Origin: Smithellaceae bacterium
Lineage (GTDB): Bacteria > Desulfobacterota > Syntrophia > Syntrophales > Smithellaceae
Length of the DNA: 64,000 nucleotides
Reading direction: 5' to 3'
NCBI GenBank assembly: GCA_963667845.2
Contig: CAXXVL010000001.1
Location: 544,001-608,000 of the forward strand
The position numbers and the translations under genes were made by a program. The notes under the pieces are model-generated. The model was not told the DNA's origin, ran no database searches, and saw only the letters and a program-made list of their open reading frames with translations. Positions 58,174 to 64,000 of this stretch are shown here, piece after piece. How positions within the stretch are numbered: position 1 is the stretch's first letter; each line of letters begins with the position of its first letter.

Positions 58174-59088
58174 ATGCATATTAAAATAGGAACACGCGGC
58201 AGCAAGCTGGCGCTCGCGCAAACCCACTCGGTGGTTGATCAATTAAAAAAAGTCATTCCGGAAATCGCAGCCGAGGTCACCGTGATTAAGACCAGCGGCG
58301 ACATCATGCAGGATGTGTCGCTCATGCAAATCGGCGGCCAGGGCGTCTTTGTCAAGGAAATTGAAGAAGCGCTCCTTTCCGGAAGCATCGATCTGGCCGT
58401 CCACAGCATGAAAGACGTTCCGGGCGACATCCCGGAGAGGTTGACCTTTGCCGCCGTTCTGCAGCGGGAAGATGTCCGCGACGTTCTGGTATCGCGCGGC
58501 AATGTCAAGTTGGAGTTTCTGCCCAGAGGCGCCAGGATCGGTACGGGTTCGCTGAGAAGAGGTGCACAAATACAGTCGATTCTGCCCGATGTAACCATTA
58601 TGCCGTTGCGCGGCAATATCGACACGCGGCTCAAAAAGATTGAAACGGAAAATCTCACCGGTGTCATTCTGGCGGCGGCAGGCATGAAACGGCTGGGGTA
58701 TGCTCAGGTGATTTCGCAATTTCTGCCGATTGAATTGATGCTGCCGGCGGTAGGACAGGGGGCTCTGGGTTTGCAGATCCGGGAAACCGATACAGACCTG
58801 TTCAAGGTTCTGGCAAAGCTCAATCATGTTCCCACGGCCACGGAAGTTGCCGCAGAGCGGTCCTATCTCAGAGCGCTGGGCGGCGGATGCCGTCTGCCGA
58901 TTGCGGCTTACGGTCTCATCGAAGGCGGCCGCTTGACGCTGGAAGGCCTGGTCGCAGCGCCGAACGGTGCAAGCGTTGTCCGGGATAAAGTCTGGGGCGA
59001 GCTTAATGATGCCGAAGCAATGGGCAAAAGACTGGCCGACATGATCATGGAAAAGGGCGGCAAGAAACTGCTGGATCTGGTGTGCTAG
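58174..59088 (+). CDS. hemC: Hydroxymethylbilane synthase
   Basis: IGTRGSKLALAQ, VHSMKD, GTGSLRR, RGNIDTRL, GGC.LP. Confidence 0.97.
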   Translation: MHIKIGTRGSKLALAQTHSVVDQLKKVIPEIAAEVTVIKTSGDIMQDVSLMQIGGQGVFVKEIEEALLSGSIDLAVHSMKDVPGDIPERLTFAAVLQREDVRDVLVSRGNVKLEFLPRGARIGTGSLRRGAQIQSILPDVTIMPLRGNIDTRLKKIETENLTGVILAAAGMKRLGYAQVISQFLPIELMLPAVGQGALGLQIRETDTDLFKVLAKLNHVPTATEVAAERSYLRALGGGCRLPIAAYGLIEGGRLTLEGLVAAPNGASVVRDKVWGELNDAEAMGKRLADMIMEKGGKKLLDLVC

Positions 59089-59176
59089 GTTGAGCAACAC
59101 TTCGACGTCATTCCTGCGAATATCTTAATGGTTACGAGTGCGGGAATGCAAAATAATGGGGAAGGACCAGAAGCCT

Positions 59177-59574
59177 CGTCATTCCCGCGAAGGCGGGAAT
59201 CCAGTTTTCTTGATGGTTTTGCTTATGCAACATTCTTATGTTTACATTTTGGCAAGTCAGAAAAATGGTACTTTGTACGTAGGCGTCACGAGTGATTTGG
59301 CCAAACGCATTTATGAACATAAAAATGACTTGATCGATGGATTTTCAAAAAAATATAATATTCATGACCTCGTATATTATGAAGTGCATAATGAAATCGA
59401 AGAAGCGATTACCAGAGAGAAACAAATCAAGAAATGGAACAGAAACTGGAGACTGAGATTGATAGAGGAAAGAAATCCCGGATGGAAAGATTTGTATGAT
59501 GAAATTATTTAGTAACTGCTCGCGCTCTCGCGCAAAATATTTATTCCTGGATTCCCGCCTTCGCGGGAATGACG
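59177..59574. mobile_element. GIY-YIG cassette bounded by perfect 28-bp inverted CGTC-type REP repeats
   Basis: cgtcattcccgcgaaggcgggaatccag (59177-59204) and ctggattcccgccttcgcgggaatgacg (59547-59574); AT-rich interior. Confidence 0.85.
59225..59512 (+). CDS. GIY-YIG nuclease-family protein
   Basis: YVYILAS..NGTLYVGVT.DL..R..EH, LVYYE, AITREKQIKKW.R.W. Confidence 0.93.
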   Translation: MQHSYVYILASQKNGTLYVGVTSDLAKRIYEHKNDLIDGFSKKYNIHDLVYYEVHNEIEEAITREKQIKKWNRNWRLRLIEERNPGWKDLYDEII

Positions 59575-59587
59575 CAGTTGGTGCAAT

Positions 59588-61132
59588 ATGACCGAGAAAA
59601 TAAAACCGGGGAAAGTCTATATTATCGGGGCGGGGCCGGGCGACCCGGGACTTATTACGATTAAAGCCGTCGAGTGCCTGCGCCTGGCGGATGTCGTGAT
59701 TTACGACAATCTGGTGAATGAAGACCTGCTGAAATACGCGAAGGCGACAGCCCGCTTTATCTACGCGGGAAAGAAGGGCGGCGATCATACGCTGTCGCAG
59801 GATAAGATCAATGAACTGCTGGCCCGGGAGGCCCTGGCCGGCAATACCGTTGCCCGTCTCAAGGGCGGCGATCCGTTTATCTTCGGGCGCGGCGGCGAAG
59901 AAGCCGAAGTGCTGGTGGGTGAGGGCGTTCCCTTTGAAGTCATCCCGGGCGTCACGTCGGCGATCGCGGTTCCCGCTTACGCGGGCATTCCGCTCACGCA
60001 TCGCGGGCTCACGTCGACGGTGGCCTTTATCACCGGCCACGAAGATCCGACCAAGGAGCAAAGCGATATCGACTGGCAGGCGCTCGTCGGCATCGGCACA
60101 CTGGTCTTTCTGATGGGTGTGAAGAATCTCGGGCAGATCGCCGGAGCGCTGATCTCGCGCGGCAAGCCGCCTGATACGCCGGCGGCATTGATTCGCCGCG
60201 GGACGACGCCGCATCAACAAATCCTCGCCGGAACATTGGCCACCATTGTTGACCTGGCGCGGACCAATGAATTCAAGCCTCCGGCCATTCTCGTGGTAGG
60301 TCCGGTTGTTGACCTGAGAGAAACGCTCCGCTGGTTTGATACCAAACCGCTTTTCGGCAAAGGCGTCGTTATCACGAGACCCGAGCGGCAGGCCGATGAT
60401 CTGGCGTCTCTTCTTGCGGCCGAGGGCGCAAGTCCCATTCCTTTTCCAACGATCAGTATTGAACCGCCTTCCGGCTGGAGCGAACTGGATCGCGCCATCG
60501 GGGAATTGGAATCCTATGAGTGGCTGATTTTCACCAGCGCCAACGGCGTCCACTTCTTCTTTAAGCGGCTCAAGGAAATTGGCGGGGACGTCCGTGACCT
60601 GAAAGGGATCAAAATATGCTGCATCGGTCCGGCCACGGCGAAACAGATTGAAGACCGGGGTATCAGGGTGGATCTGATGCCCGATGAGTTCATCGCCGAA
60701 GGCATTTTGAAATCGTTTGCACCGATGGACTTGCGGGGAATGAAGATTCTGATTCCGCGCGCCGCCAAAGCCCGAGACATCCTGCCCGAGACGCTGAAAA
60801 AGCAGGGAGCCCTTGTGGAGGTCGTGACCGCGTATCAGACGGTCAGCTCCGGACGAAAGAAAGAAGAGCTCGCGGAAAGAATCGACGCGGGTGACGTGGA
60901 TGTGATCACCTTCACCAGTTCATCGACGGTGACCAACTTTATCGACATCATGGGTAAGGACTACGCGCTGCCGCCGGGCGTGAAAATCGCCTGCATCGGC
61001 CCGGTAACGGCGGCAACCGCCAAAAAGGCAGGCTTTAAGGTCGATATTCAGCAGGAGGAATACACGATGGAGGGCCTGGTGCACTCCCTCGTCAATTATT
61101 TTCAAAACGAATCGTCAAGCAGGGACGAGTAA
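59588..61132 (+). CDS. cobA-hemD: Uroporphyrinogen-III C-methyltransferase/synthase fusion
   Basis: [25 protein letters not shown], then VITRP, FTSANGV, FTSSSTV, CIGPVTA. Confidence 0.96.
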   Translation: MTEKIKPGKVYIIGAGPGDPGLITIKAVECLRLADVVIYDNLVNEDLLKYAKATARFIYAGKKGGDHTLSQDKINELLAREALAGNTVARLKGGDPFIFGRGGEEAEVLVGEGVPFEVIPGVTSAIAVPAYAGIPLTHRGLTSTVAFITGHEDPTKEQSDIDWQALVGIGTLVFLMGVKNLGQIAGALISRGKPPDTPAALIRRGTTPHQQILAGTLATIVDLARTNEFKPPAILVVGPVVDLRETLRWFDTKPLFGKGVVITRPERQADDLASLLAAEGASPIPFPTISIEPPSGWSELDRAIGELESYEWLIFTSANGVHFFFKRLKEIGGDVRDLKGIKICCIGPATAKQIEDRGIRVDLMPDEFIAEGILKSFAPMDLRGMKILIPRAAKARDILPETLKKQGALVEVVTAYQTVSSGRKKEELAERIDAGDVDVITFTSSSTVTNFIDIMGKDYALPPGVKIACIGPVTAATAKKAGFKVDIQQEEYTMEGLVHSLVNYFQNESSSRDE

Positions 61133-61141
61133 GGCAAAGAT

Positions 61142-62329
61142 ATGATCGGTATTTCGAAATTATACTGCGGGGCGGTGGAGCCGTCCGATGTGCTGCGCTA
61201 TAACAGGTATTCGGGCAAGCTTCCGTCGCATCTGCTGCAGTTTTCATCGGACAAGAAACCGGTGGTGGTCTGGAACATGACGCGCCGCTGCAATTTGAAA
61301 TGCATCCACTGCTATTCCAATTCCGCCAATGTCGATTACCCCGATGAGTTGACCACCGAGGAAGGCAAAAGGATGATTGATGACCTCGCGGCGTTCGGCG
61401 CTCCGGTCATCCTGTTCTCCGGCGGTGAGCCGCTCATGCGGCAAGACCTCCTGGAGCTCGCTCAATATGCGACGGACAAGGGCATGCGCGCGGTGATTTC
61501 CACCAACGGCACGCTCATTACCAAAGAGATCGCGACCGAACTCAAAAAAATCGGCCTGTCGTATGTGGGCGTGAGCCTCGACGGCCTGCAAAAAACCCAC
61601 GACTGTTTCCGCGGCACGAAAGGCGCGTTTGAAAAAGCGATCGAAGGTATTCGCAACTGCCGCGACGCCGGCATCAAGGTCGGGCTCAGGTTCACGGTGA
61701 ATAAGCACAATCTGGCCGATGTCGCTGCTATGTTCGACTTGCTGAGGCGCGAAAAAATCGAACGCCTGTGTTTCTATCATCTCGTTTACACGGGCCGCGG
61801 CTCCAAACTGCGCGAGGAGGACCTGACCCATGAAGAGGCGCGGAAGCTTCTGGATCTCATCGCCGCAAAAACGAAAGAAATGTTCGACGACGGACTGGCG
61901 CCGGAAATCCTGACCGTTGATAACCACGCCGACGGCCCGTATCTGTATCTGAAAATGAGGGAAGAAAATCCGGCCCGGGCCTGCGAGGTTCTGGAGCTTC
62001 TGGAGATGAATGAAGGCAATTCATCGGGCCAGGGCATCGGCTGTGTGAGCTGGGACGGTGAAGTGTATCCCGACCAATTCTGGCGCAATCAGCCGCTCGG
62101 AAATGTCCGGCAAAAACCGTTCAGTCAAATATGGACAGACGAGACCAATGAATTCCTGATGAAACTGAAGGATAAGAAAAAACACGTCCACGGACGCTGC
62201 GCCTCGTGCGCGTGGCTCACGGTCTGCGGCGGCAATTTCCGCGCGCGGGCCGAATCGGCGGGCGACGTCTGGGGGCCGGATCCGGCCTGTTATTTGACGG
62301 ATGAAGAAATATCGACAAGGGAGGTCTAG
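61142..62329 (+). CDS. ahbC: 12,18-didecarboxysiroheme deacetylase (radical SAM)
   Basis: MIGISKLYCG, KPVVVWNMTRRCNLKCIHCY, CFYHLVYTGRG, TVDNHADG, CGGNFRARA. Confidence 0.93.
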   Translation: MIGISKLYCGAVEPSDVLRYNRYSGKLPSHLLQFSSDKKPVVVWNMTRRCNLKCIHCYSNSANVDYPDELTTEEGKRMIDDLAAFGAPVILFSGGEPLMRQDLLELAQYATDKGMRAVISTNGTLITKEIATELKKIGLSYVGVSLDGLQKTHDCFRGTKGAFEKAIEGIRNCRDAGIKVGLRFTVNKHNLADVAAMFDLLRREKIERLCFYHLVYTGRGSKLREEDLTHEEARKLLDLIAAKTKEMFDDGLAPEILTVDNHADGPYLYLKMREENPARACEVLELLEMNEGNSSGQGIGCVSWDGEVYPDQFWRNQPLGNVRQKPFSQIWTDETNEFLMKLKDKKKHVHGRCASCAWLTVCGGNFRARAESAGDVWGPDPACYLTDEEISTREV

Positions 62330-62332
62330 ATT

Positions 62333-63307
62333 ATGCAATTTCCTGAATACCGGGGACGCCGGTTGAGAAAGAATGAAAACCTGAGACGTCTGGTTCGTGA
62401 GACGAAGTTAAGCGTGGATCATCTCGTTTACCCGCTGTTTGCGGTTCCCGGGAAGAGCGTAAAGAAGCCGATTAATTCGATGCCGGGCCAGTTCCAGATG
62501 TCCGTGGATTATATCGCGAAGGAAGCGCGGGAGGCTTTTGACCTGGGTATTCCGGCGATTTTGCTTTTCGGCCTTCCCTCCAAAAAGGATGAGCAGGGAA
62601 GCGGCGCCTTTGCCAAGGAAGGCATTGTGCAGCAGGCGGTGAGACGCGTCAAAAATGAAGTCCCGGACATCGTCGTGATCACCGATGTCTGCCTGTGTGA
62701 ATACACAAGCCACGGCCATTGCGGCATTATCGAAAAAGGCCAGGTGCACAACGACATGACGCTCGACGTGCTGGCGGAAACGGCTCTGTCCCAGGCGAAA
62801 GCCGGCGCGGATATGGTCGCGCCGTCGGCCATGATGGACGGACAAATTGCGGCGATCCGCGAAGTGCTCGATGAAAACGCCATGGAAGACATTCCGATCA
62901 TGGCGTATTGTGCAAAATACGCATCGTCTTTCTACGGACCTTTTCGGGAGGCGGCCGAGAGTACGCCGCAGTTCGGCGACCGTAAAGCCTACCAGATGGA
63001 TCCGGCCAATGCCGACGAGGCGATTCGGGAAATATCACTCGATGTCTCCGAAGGCGCGGACATTATCATGGTGAAACCGGCGCTGCCTTACCTGGACGTC
63101 ATCTGCCGGGCCAAGCAGGAATTCGATCTGCCACTTGCCGCGTATAACGTCAGCGGCGAATATGCGATGATCAAAGCCGCGGCGCAATTGGGCTGGCTCG
63201 ATGAAGAAAAAACCATGCTGGAGAGCCTCACCGCCATCAGACGGGCCGGTGCGGATATCATTATCACCTACTGGGCCAAACAGCTGGCGCAGGTGTTGAA
63301 GCGCTGA
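62333..63307 (+). CDS. hemB: Porphobilinogen synthase
   Basis: [47 protein letters not shown]. Confidence 0.97.
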   Translation: MQFPEYRGRRLRKNENLRRLVRETKLSVDHLVYPLFAVPGKSVKKPINSMPGQFQMSVDYIAKEAREAFDLGIPAILLFGLPSKKDEQGSGAFAKEGIVQQAVRRVKNEVPDIVVITDVCLCEYTSHGHCGIIEKGQVHNDMTLDVLAETALSQAKAGADMVAPSAMMDGQIAAIREVLDENAMEDIPIMAYCAKYASSFYGPFREAAESTPQFGDRKAYQMDPANADEAIREISLDVSEGADIIMVKPALPYLDVICRAKQEFDLPLAAYNVSGEYAMIKAAAQLGWLDEEKTMLESLTAIRRAGADIIITYWAKQLAQVLKR

Positions 63308-63348
63308 CAGGGACTGCCAGCTTCAACGGAATGACGAAAAGATAGTAC

Positions 63349-64000
63349 ATGATGAAACCATCGGTTATGTTTCCGTCCAAAGAAAATGCCGTTCGCATGA
63401 TCGCGTGGGAAGTGACGCGCAGCTGCAACCTGAACTGCAAGCATTGCCGCGCCGCATCACACCTGGGGCCTTACCCGGGCGAACTGTCCACAGAACAATG
63501 CCTGCGGCTGATTGACGATATTGCCAGAGTGTCGAAACCGGTCATCATTCTGACGGGCGGCGAGCCGCTTTTGCGGCCGGACATTTTCGAGCTGGCCGCC
63601 TACGGGACCCAAAAAGGGCTGCGCATGGTTATGGCGACGAACGGGACGCTCGTGGATGAGGCCGTCGCGCGCAAGATGATTGCCGGCGGCATCCAGCGCG
63701 TCAGCATCAGCATCGACGGACCGGATGCAAAAAGCCATGACGATTTTCGTAATGAAGCGGGTGCTTTTTCCGGCGCGATGCGCGGCATCGAAGCCATGAA
63801 ATCCGTGGGGATGGAGTTTCAGATTAACACGACGATCACCACGGCCAATCTGCACCAGATTAAAGACATTCACGACCTGGCGCTCAGGATCGGCGCGGCG
63901 GCGCATCATATTTTCCTTCTGGTGCCCACAGGGCGGGGCAGGGATCTGGCACAGCAGGCCATTACCGCTGCCGACTATGAAGAGACGCTGATGTGGTTTC
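63349..64000 (+). CDS. ahbD: Heme b synthase (radical SAM), truncated by the window end
   Basis: Hand-translated RMIAWEVTRSCNLNCKHCRAA..GPYPGEL, ILTGGEPLLR, FQINTT, HHIFLLVPTGRG. Confidence 0.9.
   Translation, partial: MMKPSVMFPSKENAVRMIAWEVTRSCNLNCKHCRAASHLGPYPGELSTEQCLRLIDDIARVSKPVIILTGGEPLLRPDIFELAAYGTQKGLRMVMATNGTLVDEAVARKMIAGGIQRVSISIDGPDAKSHDDFRNEAGAFSGAMRGIEAMKSVGMEFQINTTITTANLHQIKDIHDLALRIGAAAHHIFLLVPTGRGRDLAQQAITAADYEETLMWF

Overview
64-kb window from an anaerobic Gram-negative bacterium, probably Desulfobacterota/Syntrophales-like (inferred from the ahb heme operon, NrfA and the repeat families; not proven). About 1-54.7 kb is an accessory mosaic. It holds a beta-propeller lipoprotein, a QueG-like Fe-S protein, TudS/DUF1722 plus TIGR01777 genes, and an AT-rich 921-aa restriction-endonuclease/STAND-NTPase gene (candidate anti-phage sensor-effector) nested inside two pairs of inverted repeats. 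It also holds a Tat sulfatase with anSME, divergent from an atypical glycyl-radical enzyme and its activase, a stand-alone nrfA with a decayed nrfH-like stub, mprF-acvB and three DegQ-type proteases. A copper/acid-stress block carries a CusRS-like pair, a Met-rich protein, CopB, a P3A H+-ATPase and a CPA1 antiporter. Genes are separated by several families of short mobile-element-like repeats and by pseudogene fragments; I found no intact transposase or integrase. From 55.4 kb the window is a core siroheme-dependent heme operon (sirC-ccsA-hemA-hemC-cobA/hemD-ahbC-hemB-ahbD), interrupted by a GIY-YIG gene with perfect 28-bp inverted repeats. No rRNA, tRNA or CRISPR array was seen. All calls come from motif reading, not database searches.
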